39,010 bases of DNA from an uncultured bacterium (lineage in GTDB: Bacteria > Patescibacteriota > Minisyncoccia > Phycocordibacterales > UBA9973): NCBI GenBank assembly GCA_903892035.1, contig CAITGV010000005.1, positions 1-39,010 on the forward strand. The letters are read 5' to 3'. Below the pieces are notes generated by a model. The model saw only the letters and a program-made list of their open reading frames with translations, was not told where the DNA came from and did not search any database. Positions 18,109 through 27,155 of this stretch are shown in pieces. The position numbers and the translations under genes were made by a program. The stretch's first letter is position 1. Every line of letters starts with the position of its first letter.

Positions 18109-19415
18109 TATTTTAATTTATTTAATTCTTCACGAACGACAACTCTGTCATCCCAAGGAATCTTATTTTCCTTTATTACCATAGTTTGCTCGGCTCCTTT
18201 TCCACTTATAAGTACTATATCACCTTTCCCAGCTAATGAAAGTGCCTTTTTTATCCCCTCTCTTCTATCTAAAATTACAAATAAATTTTCACCATCTTTT
18301 TTACCGTGTAGTCGTGCATGTCGAGCAATACCCTCTGCAATTTCCACAGGATCATCATCATAAGGATCTTCATTTGAGACAACCACGTAATCTGCTTTAT
18401 CTCCAACCGCAATACCCATCAATTCCCTTTTGCCTATATCTCTTCCCCCTCCAGCGGCACCGAGTAAAATAATAATTTTCTGTCCATCTTTTCTCATTGC
18501 TAAAGCTGTATCTAAAAGCAAATTCATACTTATTTTTTCATGAGCATAATCGACTATTACAGTAAAATCCTGAGCACAATCAATATTTTCCATTCTTCCA
18601 GGAATAATTTTTAAATTTGCAAGACCTTCGACAATTTTCTCTTCAGAAATATTTAGTAAATGAGCCAGTGCAATTGCAGGCAATGCATTGTAAGCATTGA
18701 AAAGTCCTGCAATATTTAAATGATATTTATTTTCACCCACATAAAAAGAAATTCCCACTCCGTCAGTTTCAACCTTTTTTGCAACTATATCTCCAGAGTG
18801 AAGGCCGTAACTTTGATGAACATCTGCTTTAAAATTTGCATAATAATTTCCAAATTCACTATCAGCATTTGTTAAAACAATTTTTTGTATATTTTTGCCA
18901 TTGATATTTTTTTTATAATTATATAATTCACTAAATAATGGTGTTTTGGCAACTTTATATTTTTCAAAACTACCTCCGTGGTTTGGTAAGTGCTCAGGAG
19001 TAAGATTTGTAAAAATTGCTACGTCAAAAAATATTCCTACGTGTCTGTGTAGCTTCATTCCTTCAGATGTTGCCTCCATAACCACGTGAGTACAACCAGC
19101 ATCTTTCATTTGTTTCAATATTTTTTGAGTAATAAACGGCCCAGGCATTGTCATATGATATGGATTAAGTGACTCTTTATCGCCTATTCTTATATTTGCA
19201 GTTCCAAGAAGTCCAACTTTATATGAGGCACTATTTAATACAGACCAAACAAAATTTGCAGTTGAAGTTTTTCCTTTTGTACCCGTAATTCCAACGACAA
19301 TCATTTTTTTTGTTGGATATCCATAATAAAATGCTGCCAGATAAGCAAGTACTTTGTGATACATAAGTAGTAAATGCTCAGGTGTCATTTTTTTAATTTT
19401 ATTTTTTATGCTCAT
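18108..19415 (-). CDS. murE: MurE-type UDP-MurNAc-peptide ligase (short N-terminus)
   Basis: GITGTKGKTST, MEATS, NLTPEHL, PGRME, VDYAH, GGRD..KR..MG, GKGAE. Confidence 0.88.
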   Translation of the reverse strand: MSIKNKIKKMTPEHLLLMYHKVLAYLAAFYYGYPTKKMIVVGITGTKGKTSTANFVWSVLNSASYKVGLLGTANIRIGDKESLNPYHMTMPGPFITQKILKQMKDAGCTHVVMEATSEGMKLHRHVGIFFDVAIFTNLTPEHLPNHGGSFEKYKVAKTPLFSELYNYKKNINGKNIQKIVLTNADSEFGNYYANFKADVHQSYGLHSGDIVAKKVETDGVGISFYVGENKYHLNIAGLFNAYNALPAIALAHLLNISEEKIVEGLANLKIIPGRMENIDCAQDFTVIVDYAHEKISMNLLLDTALAMRKDGQKIIILLGAAGGGRDIGKRELMGIAVGDKADYVVVSNEDPYDDDPVEIAEGIARHARLHGKKDGENLFVILDRREGIKKALSLAGKGDIVLISGKGAEQTMVIKENKIPWDDRVVVREELNKLK

Positions 19416-20338
19416 TTGTATTTTAATTTTATATAATCAGTAGTTTTTTGTGCCAATAATTCCACATCAGAAAAACGTTCTTCTTTTCCCGAACCCAAAA
19501 CAACAATTCCAACCTTGTGTCCCTCTGTCGAAAACATTATAGCAAGATTTCCGCCAGCAAGCTTTGTATAACCTGTTTTTGAGGCCAAAAGCCCAGGCAA
19601 GTTTCCAATACTTGTATCTGTATTATAAACTGTAATAATTTTTCCATCTAACGTAGGAAACATTGCGGCTCTCTGTGTTGTATAAGAAAAAATATCTGGA
19701 TATTCATTTTGTGCATCATAAAACATTTGTGCGACATCTCGTGCTGTACCTATTGCACCAGGTAAATTATTTTCAACATCAAAATCTAGACCTGACGGAT
19801 TATAAAATATTGTATTATCCAGACCCATATTATTAGCTTTTTCGTTCATTTTTTCTACAAAATGATCTACTGATTTTTTATTAGGACCATTTATAAAAGA
19901 AAGTGAAAGTGCAGCATTGTTTGATGATGAAACCAACATCAACTTCACCATATCATTCAATAAAAATTTATCATTATCTGTAAAATCTACAGTGTCTTTG
20001 GGATAAAGTGCATCTTTTACAATTTGAATTTGTGAATTTGTTTTATAACTTTCTAGTGCAACCATTGCTGTCATTATTTTTGTAAGAGACGCAAGAGGCA
20101 CTGGTGTATTTTCATTATATGCGTATATTTTCTTATTACTTGTAAAATCGTAAATTATCACTGACTTTGCAGAAAGATCTATATCGGAAAATATGTCTTT
20201 ATAATTTTCATCATTAGAATTTATTACAGACGCCGTCTGAATTTTTTTATTTATGTTTATATTTCCCAAAAAATATACTAACAAAAAACCTGAGAAAACC
20301 ATTATTAAAAGTAAAATAAATTTATTTACTCTATCCAT
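19412..20338 (-). CDS. S11 serine D-Ala-D-Ala carboxypeptidase (PBP5/Dac-like)
   Basis: ASLTK (SxxK), SSN (SxN), NPSGL, KTGY; N-terminal TM. Confidence 0.92.
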   Translation of the reverse strand: MDRVNKFILLLIMVFSGFLLVYFLGNININKKIQTASVINSNDENYKDIFSDIDLSAKSVIIYDFTSNKKIYAYNENTPVPLASLTKIMTAMVALESYKTNSQIQIVKDALYPKDTVDFTDNDKFLLNDMVKLMLVSSSNNAALSLSFINGPNKKSVDHFVEKMNEKANNMGLDNTIFYNPSGLDFDVENNLPGAIGTARDVAQMFYDAQNEYPDIFSYTTQRAAMFPTLDGKIITVYNTDTSIGNLPGLLASKTGYTKLAGGNLAIMFSTEGHKVGIVVLGSGKEERFSDVELLAQKTTDYIKLKYK

Positions 20339-20340
20339 AT

Positions 20341-20892
20341 TTACAATTCAGAAGAAGTAATATTATTATTAACCGAAATTGATTCATTCATCATTTTATT
20401 TACTTTTTCAAATTCAGGAGCATCTTCTACCCTTGCTATTCCCATATATGTGAGTAAATCAAAAGTTGGTCTATATACAAGTTTACGCTGATCATCCTTA
20501 TGCGGAACTTTTTCTACAAGTCCTCGGACCATTAAGTTCCTTAAAATAAAACTCGAATTTACTCCGCGTATATAATCTATTTCGCTTCTAGTAGAACCGT
20601 TTGAATATAAAATAATTGAAATGGTTTCCATCGAGGCTTTTGAAAGGTCTTTCATCAATTCCTCCTTTCTCATATTTTCAATTAACTCACTTAGTTCATG
20701 ATTAGTACCTAGTGTCACCTCTTCATTTTTTCTTAGCATTACAATTCCTCTTTCTTTTAAATCATTTTCAAGTTCTAAAAGTGCATCCATTACTTCATTT
20801 TCCTGCACGTCAAAAACTTTCATTAAAAAATTTACAGAAACTGGCTCTCCTTTCCAAAACAATAGTCCTTCAATTTTTGAACTTAATTTCAT
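20341..20892 (-). CDS. scpB: Segregation/condensation protein B
   Basis: IEGLLF..GEPV, LSKASMET.SIILY, TRSEIDYIRGVNS, YRPT. Confidence 0.93.
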   Translation of the reverse strand: MKLSSKIEGLLFWKGEPVSVNFLMKVFDVQENEVMDALLELENDLKERGIVMLRKNEEVTLGTNHELSELIENMRKEELMKDLSKASMETISIILYSNGSTRSEIDYIRGVNSSFILRNLMVRGLVEKVPHKDDQRKLVYRPTFDLLTYMGIARVEDAPEFEKVNKMMNESISVNNNITSSEL

Positions 20893-20895
20893 ATA

Positions 20896-21648
20896 TTATA
20901 TTTGTTCTAATTTTAAAATTTTCATATCATCAAATGTATTTTCTTGAAGCACATCGAGTATCCCTCCGCGCACAAGCTCAAGCATTGCCAGAAATGAAAC
21001 GATCATATAAACTTTCTCTTCTTTTGCATTTTCAGGATTTGGATGCTTTGCAAAATCTTTAAATGACATATTCATTGCAGTTTGAATTCGCTCTGTTAAG
21101 TCTGAAATCATTTCTTCAATACTTACTACTTTTTTTATATTTACTTCAGGTAAAATTTCTTTTTTTGGAATTCGCGCAAGTACGTCTTGGCCTGCATTGT
21201 ATAAATTCATTAAATTGAGTGCAGGGTCAGGGCTAAAAATTGGTTCATTCCAACTTCTTTCAGGGCTCAAATAAATTAATTGTTTTCCAAAACGCTCTTT
21301 TACAAAAACACTTGCGTCTTTTATTACTTGATATAAACGCAAACGAGCCTCAAGGTCAACAATTTTTTCTTCTTCATCTGGAGTTAAATTTAAATTTGGA
21401 AGCAGTGATCTGGATTTTATTAAAATCAAAGTCGAAGCCACGACAATAAATGCTGTGACATCGTGCATATTCATCGAGGGCAATGCTTTTACGTAATTTA
21501 TGTAGTCTGAAGTAACTTCGGCCAAGGAAATTTCATTGACAAAAAGTTTCCTTTTTTCAATCAAATCAAGCAAAAGCGACAACGGTCCTTCAAAACCACC
21601 CGCTTTCACAGTATATGCTGTTTCCATCTCTAAAATTTCTCCTTCCAT
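20896..21648 (-). CDS. scpA: Segregation/condensation protein A (kleisin)
   Basis: FEGPLSLLLDLIEK, LIKSRSLLP, FLAMLEL. ATG at 21648 lies 8 nt after TATAAT. Confidence 0.93.
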   Translation of the reverse strand: MEGEILEMETAYTVKAGGFEGPLSLLLDLIEKRKLFVNEISLAEVTSDYINYVKALPSMNMHDVTAFIVVASTLILIKSRSLLPNLNLTPDEEEKIVDLEARLRLYQVIKDASVFVKERFGKQLIYLSPERSWNEPIFSPDPALNLMNLYNAGQDVLARIPKKEILPEVNIKKVVSIEEMISDLTERIQTAMNMSFKDFAKHPNPENAKEEKVYMIVSFLAMLELVRGGILDVLQENTFDDMKILKLEQI

Positions 21649-21697
21649 ATCGGTCAATTATACTCGAAATGGAACCATTTTGAAAGAAAATTTTTGC

Positions 21698-21726
21698 TTG
21701 ACATTTTTTACTATTTGTCCTAACAT
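21698..21726 (+). promoter_or_regulatory. Sigma70 promoter of the 61-aa ORF
   Basis: TTGACA (21698-21703)-N17-TAACAT (21721-21726). Confidence 0.7.
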
Positions 21727-21760
21727 TTAGAAAAATGTTTAACCCTAAAAAATTAATAAA

Positions 21761-21946
21761 ATGAAAAGTCTAGTAATTGAAAAATCAAACAAAAACGACT
21801 TCAGCAAAGCAGTCGCTGAAGCTCAAAGTCAGGGATACGTCCCTGCAACTGAAAAATTAGTAAATGAAATTTACCCTCCATTACATCATGGAGAAGTGAA
21901 AATCAACATTTCTCAAACTTTCAAAAAGGAGGATGGGAAAAATTAA
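21761..21946 (+). CDS. Small hypothetical protein (61 aa; N-terminus reminiscent of DUF1737-like proteins)
   Basis: Occupies an otherwise empty gap, with its own promoter and a downstream plus-strand terminator. Confidence 0.65.
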   Translation: MKSLVIEKSNKNDFSKAVAEAQSQGYVPATEKLVNEIYPPLHHGEVKINISQTFKKEDGKN

Positions 21947-21966
21947 AAAAACTATTTTGAAATATT

Positions 21967-22002
21967 AAAGTTCCCTCTGATTAATTTCATGGAGCTTTTT
22001 TA
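21967..22002 (+). terminator. Terminator between the 61-aa ORF and the convergent aspS
   Basis: aaagttcc/ggagcttt stem with one G-U on the plus strand, followed by a T-run. Confidence 0.55.
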
Positions 22003-22008
22003 TTTGTA

Positions 22009-23394
22009 CTATTTCTTAATTTGTATTTTGAGTTCTTTGAGAGTTTTTTCGGAAGCTTCGGAAGGAGCATTCATCATAAGGTCACGGCCTTCGCCAGTTT
22101 TTGGAAATGTAATAACTTCGCGAATATTTGGTTCATTTTGCATAAGCATTACTATACGGTCGATACCTTGAGCACAGCCTCCGTGCGGTGGAGCACCGTA
22201 TTCAAAAGCTGTAAGCATATGTCCAAAACGCGCTTCGATAAGCTCGGGACTTAAACCAAGCAATTCAAAAACTTTATTTTGCAATTCTCTTTGGTGAATA
22301 CGAATTGATCCTCCACCCAATTCATAACCATTCAAAACTATATCGTAAGCATTTGCACGAGCTGAAAGAGGATCAGTTTCTAGTAAATGTGCATCTTCTG
22401 CTTTTGGTGATGTAAATGGGTGATGCACCGCTTGCACTCCGCCCTCACTATCTTTCTCAAACATAGGAAAATCCACAATCCAACAAAATGCTAAAAGATT
22501 TGGATCATTTTTATCTTCACGAAGGTCAGGTTTATCATTGCCGTATTTTTCCATTGACTCTTTATATGTAAGTCTTGGAAAAGGCATTTGCTGAATTTTT
22601 TTCTCTGGATATACAGTTTGAACCATTTTTATAAACATATCTTCGGTATAAGAAATAACTTCTTCTTGTGTGGTAAAAGATATTTCATAGTCAAGTTGAG
22701 TAAATTCTGGTTGACGATCTCCGCGAGTATCTTCGTCACGCATACATTTTGCAATTTGAAAGTATTTTTCAAAACCAGCTACCATTGCTAATTGTTTAAA
22801 TTGTTGTGGTGACTGAGGAAGAACATAAAAATTTCCAGGGTAAATTCTAGAAGGTACGAGATATTCACGAGAACCTTCAGGAGTACCTTTTGTCATTATT
22901 GGAGTTTCAATATCTAGAAAACCATTTGCATGCATATGGTCACGGAAAAAAGTCACAATTTTATCACGCATACGAATATTGTTTTGCATACGAGTACTTC
23001 GAAGGTCTAGATAGCGATATTTCAAACGCAAATCCTCTGTTATTCCACTCGTATCTTCGTTAACAGTAAATGGTGGAGTCTCGGCTTTATTTAAAACTTC
23101 TATTAAATTTACAGAAAATTCAATATCACCATTTTGTTGATCTTTATTTATATTTTTTTCAGGACGTTTGTTTACTTTACCTTCCAAGCGCAGTACCCAT
23201 TCAGGACGCATTTCCTTTGCAAGCGTAATTGCCTCACTTGCAGGAAGTACTATACACTGCACTTTTCCAGTCATATCTCGAAAATCAAAAAAGACCATTT
23301 TTCCTTGGTCGCGACGAATATCCACCCAGCCAGCGAGAATTACACTCTCCCCTACTTTTCCGCTTAAATCTTTAATGTATGTTCTATTTATCAT
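22009..23394 (-). CDS. aspS: Aspartate--tRNA ligase, bacterial type, lacking the GAD insertion domain
   Basis: GWVDIRRD, LRLKYRYLDLR, LPQSPQQFKQ, RDEDTRGDRQPEFTQLD, HHPFT, GGGSIRIH, PPHGG..GIDR. Confidence 0.95.
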   Translation of the reverse strand: MINRTYIKDLSGKVGESVILAGWVDIRRDQGKMVFFDFRDMTGKVQCIVLPASEAITLAKEMRPEWVLRLEGKVNKRPEKNINKDQQNGDIEFSVNLIEVLNKAETPPFTVNEDTSGITEDLRLKYRYLDLRSTRMQNNIRMRDKIVTFFRDHMHANGFLDIETPIMTKGTPEGSREYLVPSRIYPGNFYVLPQSPQQFKQLAMVAGFEKYFQIAKCMRDEDTRGDRQPEFTQLDYEISFTTQEEVISYTEDMFIKMVQTVYPEKKIQQMPFPRLTYKESMEKYGNDKPDLREDKNDPNLLAFCWIVDFPMFEKDSEGGVQAVHHPFTSPKAEDAHLLETDPLSARANAYDIVLNGYELGGGSIRIHQRELQNKVFELLGLSPELIEARFGHMLTAFEYGAPPHGGCAQGIDRIVMLMQNEPNIREVITFPKTGEGRDLMMNAPSEASEKTLKELKIQIKK

Positions 23395-23438
23395 AATATT
23401 AAATTACCATATTATATGGTTTTATAAAAGAAATAATT

Positions 23439-23663
23439 TTAATGCAGATGGTCAGCCACTGCTTCGTAAAGCATTGTGACCCCAGCTGTAATCCAATAAA
23501 ATGGATAGAAAAAAATCGCTAAAATATAAAAAACAACTTTATCTTTTTCTCGCCATTTATAAAAACGGGGGCGAACCCACATTAAAAGTAAATTTAAAGG
23601 AAAATAAATTATCGAAAATATTCCGACGATAAAAAATTTTATAAAAGTTACTACGTATTCCAT
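23439..23663 (-). CDS. Small hypothetical membrane protein (2 TM)
   Basis: 74 aa, 3 bp downstream of trpS on the same strand, with two aromatic-rich hydrophobic helices. Confidence 0.7.
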   Translation of the reverse strand: MEYVVTFIKFFIVGIFSIIYFPLNLLLMWVRPRFYKWREKDKVVFYILAIFFYPFYWITAGVTMLYEAVADHLH

Positions 23664-23666
23664 AAA

Positions 23667-24617
23667 TTAATAAAGGTTTACACCAATTTTCTTTTTAATA
23701 TCTTCCATTTTAGCACTTGCAACTTTTTTTGCTTTCTCACCTCCACTTTTTAATATTTCCAAAACCTTTGGTATGTCACTGGCAATTATTTTTCTTTTTT
23801 CACGAAATGGTTTAATGAAATTTTCCATATCTTCTATAAGCATTTCTTTCAATTCTTTATATTTTCCACTTTTTGCTTCATATATTTCTTTTAATTCTTT
23901 TTCATCACGGATGAGTTTATGAATTGCAAAAACATTTTCAGGAATTCCACCACCTGAGTCAGTGACTATAGACATTACCAATTTTTTTATATCTTCATAT
24001 TCTGAAAAAAGTGGAATTGTATTGTCATAACTCTTACTCATTTTTCTACCATCAAGCCCTGGAACAATGGCGACTTCAGAAATAATTTTTGGTTCTGGAA
24101 GTTTAAATGTTTCTCCAAAAATGTGATTAAATTTCTGGGCTGTATCACGAGCAATTTCAACGTGTTGTTTTTGATCTTGACCGACAGGCACAACATCCGG
24201 TGAATAAAGTAAAATGTCAGCTGCCATAAGCATTGGGTAATTAAATGTTCCTACACAAATTTCTTTATCTTTGGCTTCGGCATCCTTATAAGCATGAGCG
24301 CGCATTAAATACGGCATTGTAGTTATGGTGTCAAAAATCCAAGAAAGCTCAGTATGCTCACTAATGTCAGATTGTTTAAACAATACAACTTTTTCTGGGT
24401 CAAGACCTGCAGCCATATAGTCGATCATCAAATCCACAATATTGCTCTTCATTTCATCCTTATTTTGAATAAAATTTAAAGCGTGATAATCAGCAATAAA
24501 AATATAACTTTCGTGGTCTTCAACCATTTCTACCCATTGTTTTATGGCTCCAAAATAATTACCAATATGTGGGCGCCCTGTTGGCTTTATGCCTGACAAT
24601 AATATCTTCTTTTGCAT
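23667..24617 (-). CDS. trpS: Tryptophan--tRNA ligase
   Basis: SGIKPTGRPHIGNYFGA, YPMLMAADILLY, VPVGQDQKQH, KMSKS. Confidence 0.97.
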   Translation of the reverse strand: MQKKILLSGIKPTGRPHIGNYFGAIKQWVEMVEDHESYIFIADYHALNFIQNKDEMKSNIVDLMIDYMAAGLDPEKVVLFKQSDISEHTELSWIFDTITTMPYLMRAHAYKDAEAKDKEICVGTFNYPMLMAADILLYSPDVVPVGQDQKQHVEIARDTAQKFNHIFGETFKLPEPKIISEVAIVPGLDGRKMSKSYDNTIPLFSEYEDIKKLVMSIVTDSGGGIPENVFAIHKLIRDEKELKEIYEAKSGKYKELKEMLIEDMENFIKPFREKRKIIASDIPKVLEILKSGGEKAKKVASAKMEDIKKKIGVNLY

Positions 24618-24708
24618 GCATTTATCGTAACATATTTATCAACATTTTAGTAACAAAGTATTCCCCTATTAAAATTGCGGGGTTTTTGGTCCATGCTACA
24701 ATCGTTAT

Positions 24709-26103
24709 ATGTCCACAAAAATACCATCACAAAAGTCCGTCAGAATACCACCACAAAGCATTGAATCTGAACAAGCAGTTTTGGGTTCTATAATGCTTCG
24801 CCCTCAAGCGCTCCAAGACGTTGTCGATGTAATTGGCGTAGATTCGTTTTACGCTGATAAACATAAAATTATTTTTCGAGCAATGCTTGAACTTTCTTCA
24901 AAAAGTGAACCTATCGACATGCTCTCACTTTCTCACAAATTGAAAGAGAAAAAAGAAATTGAAAGAGTTGGTGGAAATGCATATCTTACTGAGCTTGTGA
25001 ATTGTGTACCTTCTTCTACAAATGCTCGCCACTACGCTGAAATAGTTTCCAAAAAACATATTCTTCGAAGCTTGATTGATGCCGCAGATTATATTTCAGA
25101 ACTTTCTTTTAGTGAGGGTGACGAAGAAATTGATAATTTGATGGATAGTGCTGAGAAAAAAATCTTTGGCATTACTAGTGCGCCAAAAGGTCAAAAATTT
25201 GTCAGTATTAAGCAAACGTTGAAAGAAACTTGGGAAGAATTGGAAAAATTACAAGAAAACCAAGGTGCAGTGCGCGGAGTACCTACTGGCTTCAAGCAGC
25301 TCGACGATTTACTTGGTGGACTTCAAAATTCTGATTTAATTATTTTAGCTGCAAGACCGTCTATCGGTAAAACAACGCTCGCTCTCGACATTGCTCGCCA
25401 TGCTGCAACTGCACACAATGTACCAGTAGGAATTTTTTCTTTGGAAATGAGTGCTCAGCAATTAACAACGAGAATGCTTTCTTCCGACTCTCGCGTGGAT
25501 GCTTGGCACTTGCGTACAGGTCGTCTATCTTCAGATGAACAATTTTCAAAAATCCGCGACTCACTCGACAAGCTTGCAAAAGCTCCAATATTTATCGATG
25601 ATCAAGCTGGAAACTCAATTGTGAGAATGAAAGCAATCGCTAGAAGACTAAAAAGTGAACAAGGTCTTGGGCTCATTGTTGTCGACTATTTGCAATTGAT
25701 GACTACATCAAAAAATTACGATTCGATGGTGAACCAAGTTACAGAAATTTCACGTTCATTGAAAGGTCTTGCGCGTGAGCTCAATGTCCCCGTCTTGGCT
25801 CTTTCACAACTCTCTCGTGCTATTGAATCTCGTGGAGGTAAACCTCGCCTATCCGACTTGCGTGACTCTGGCTCTATCGAACAAGACGCGGACGTGGTAA
25901 TGTTTATTCATCGTGAAGACAAATACAAAGAGGCGTCTGAGCGAACAAACATAGCCGAAATATTGGTTGAAAAACACAGAAATGGTCCCGTCGGCAGTGT
26001 CGAATTGTATTTCGACGAAAAGACCACAGCCTTTTTGCCTCTTGAAAAAAGTGATTATGGCGCTATGAAGTCTGCGACGGAAAAAGATTTCTCAGATTTT
26101 TAG
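24709..26103 (+). CDS. dnaB: Replicative DNA helicase
   Basis: PPQSIESEQAVLG, AARPSIGKT, FSLEM, VVDYLQLM, LSQLSR, LRDSGSIEQDAD, KHRNGP; no intein seen. Confidence 0.97.
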   Translation: MSTKIPSQKSVRIPPQSIESEQAVLGSIMLRPQALQDVVDVIGVDSFYADKHKIIFRAMLELSSKSEPIDMLSLSHKLKEKKEIERVGGNAYLTELVNCVPSSTNARHYAEIVSKKHILRSLIDAADYISELSFSEGDEEIDNLMDSAEKKIFGITSAPKGQKFVSIKQTLKETWEELEKLQENQGAVRGVPTGFKQLDDLLGGLQNSDLIILAARPSIGKTTLALDIARHAATAHNVPVGIFSLEMSAQQLTTRMLSSDSRVDAWHLRTGRLSSDEQFSKIRDSLDKLAKAPIFIDDQAGNSIVRMKAIARRLKSEQGLGLIVVDYLQLMTTSKNYDSMVNQVTEISRSLKGLARELNVPVLALSQLSRAIESRGGKPRLSDLRDSGSIEQDADVVMFIHREDKYKEASERTNIAEILVEKHRNGPVGSVELYFDEKTTAFLPLEKSDYGAMKSATEKDFSDF

Positions 26104-26132
26104 TTTTTGAGCGAGCGTAAATGCTTTTTAAA

Positions 26133-26216
26133 AGGTGAGCTGAGGAACTTACTTTTTAAAATAGTCTGGGGATTTTTTCCGAGGACTTTTTACAAAGTAA
26201 GTTCCTCAGCGAGCCT
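26133..26216. repeat. ~85-nt intergenic hairpin between dnaB and recR
   Basis: 17-bp perfect stem gctgaggaacttacttt (26139-26155)/aaagtaagttcctcagc (26194-26210), with further inner and outer pairing. Confidence 0.8.
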
Positions 26217-26226
26217 CATTTAATAT

Positions 26227-26841
26227 ATGGACCCAGTACAAAAATTAGCACAATATTTTGCAAAATTTCCAGGCATCGGCGGAAGACAGTCGAAGCGTTT
26301 TGTGTATCACCTACTTTCTGCCGACCAAACATATTTAAATGACCTTTCAAAAGCTATTTCAAATTTAAAAAAAAATATTACACAATGTCCTTCTTGTTTT
26401 ATTTTTTTTGAAGCAGATGGAAAAAATCTTTGTAGTACTTGCGAAAATCCGAAAACAGACCGCTCTACTCTAATGATTGTCGAAAAAGATATTGATGCTG
26501 AAAGTATAAAACGCTCAGGAAATTATAAAGGTAAATATTTTATTCTTGGTGGACTTATTCCAGTAGTGGAAAAAGATACGCCAAAATGGGCACGAGTAAA
26601 GGAAGTCGTATCTGCTGTCGAATCTCAAATTAAAAATGATGGTCTAAAAGAAATTATTTTAGCCTTTGCCGCTAACCCTTCCGGTGAGCATACCGATATG
26701 TATATGCGCAGACTTCTTTCACCTATAGTTGAAAAAAATAATATTTCAATCGCCTCTCTCGGCCGTGGACTTTCCACTGGCAGTGAAATCGAATACGCCG
26801 ACTCCGAAACCCTCAAAAACGCCCTCAAAAATAGACAATAG
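26227..26841 (+). CDS. recR: Recombination mediator RecR
   Basis: FPGIG...KR, C4 Zn finger (CPSC...CSTC), IVEKDID, YFILGG, TOPRIM domain, GRGLSTGSEIEYAD. Confidence 0.95.
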   Translation: MDPVQKLAQYFAKFPGIGGRQSKRFVYHLLSADQTYLNDLSKAISNLKKNITQCPSCFIFFEADGKNLCSTCENPKTDRSTLMIVEKDIDAESIKRSGNYKGKYFILGGLIPVVEKDTPKWARVKEVVSAVESQIKNDGLKEIILAFAANPSGEHTDMYMRRLLSPIVEKNNISIASLGRGLSTGSEIEYADSETLKNALKNRQ

Positions 26842-26877
26842 AAATCCCCAAAACGTTTTCAGGTGAATTGGGGATTT
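26842..26877. terminator. Bidirectional terminator between recR and the convergent sORF
   Basis: aaatccccaa/ttggggattt 10-bp stem immediately after the recR stop. Confidence 0.7.
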
Positions 26878-26886
26878 ACTACTTGA

Positions 26887-27072
26887 TCAATCTCGAAATC
26901 TTAAGGGCTGTTTTCCGCCCCATGGAGAAAGTTTTCTTCTGCTTGTATCATGTACCGATACATAGCTCACAACACCATGATTGATTACTCTATTTTTTTT
27001 GTCGTAATCTTTGTGGGTTTTAGCTGGATTCTGTTGTTTTTTTGGCATAATCTTTTCCGTTTGGTTTAACAT
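26887..27072 (-). CDS. Small basic hypothetical protein (61 aa)
   Basis: Own promoter TTGACT-N16-TATAGT (27125-27098) and a terminator 9 nt after the stop. Confidence 0.55.
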   Translation of the reverse strand: MLNQTEKIMPKKQQNPAKTHKDYDKKNRVINHGVVSYVSVHDTSRRKLSPWGGKQPLRFRD

Positions 27073-27155
27073 TTATGTAGTTGATAGGAACATTAAAACT
27101 ATACTCCACAATAGAATGAAGTCAATAGCAAGAGGTGGATAACAGAAATGATAAA

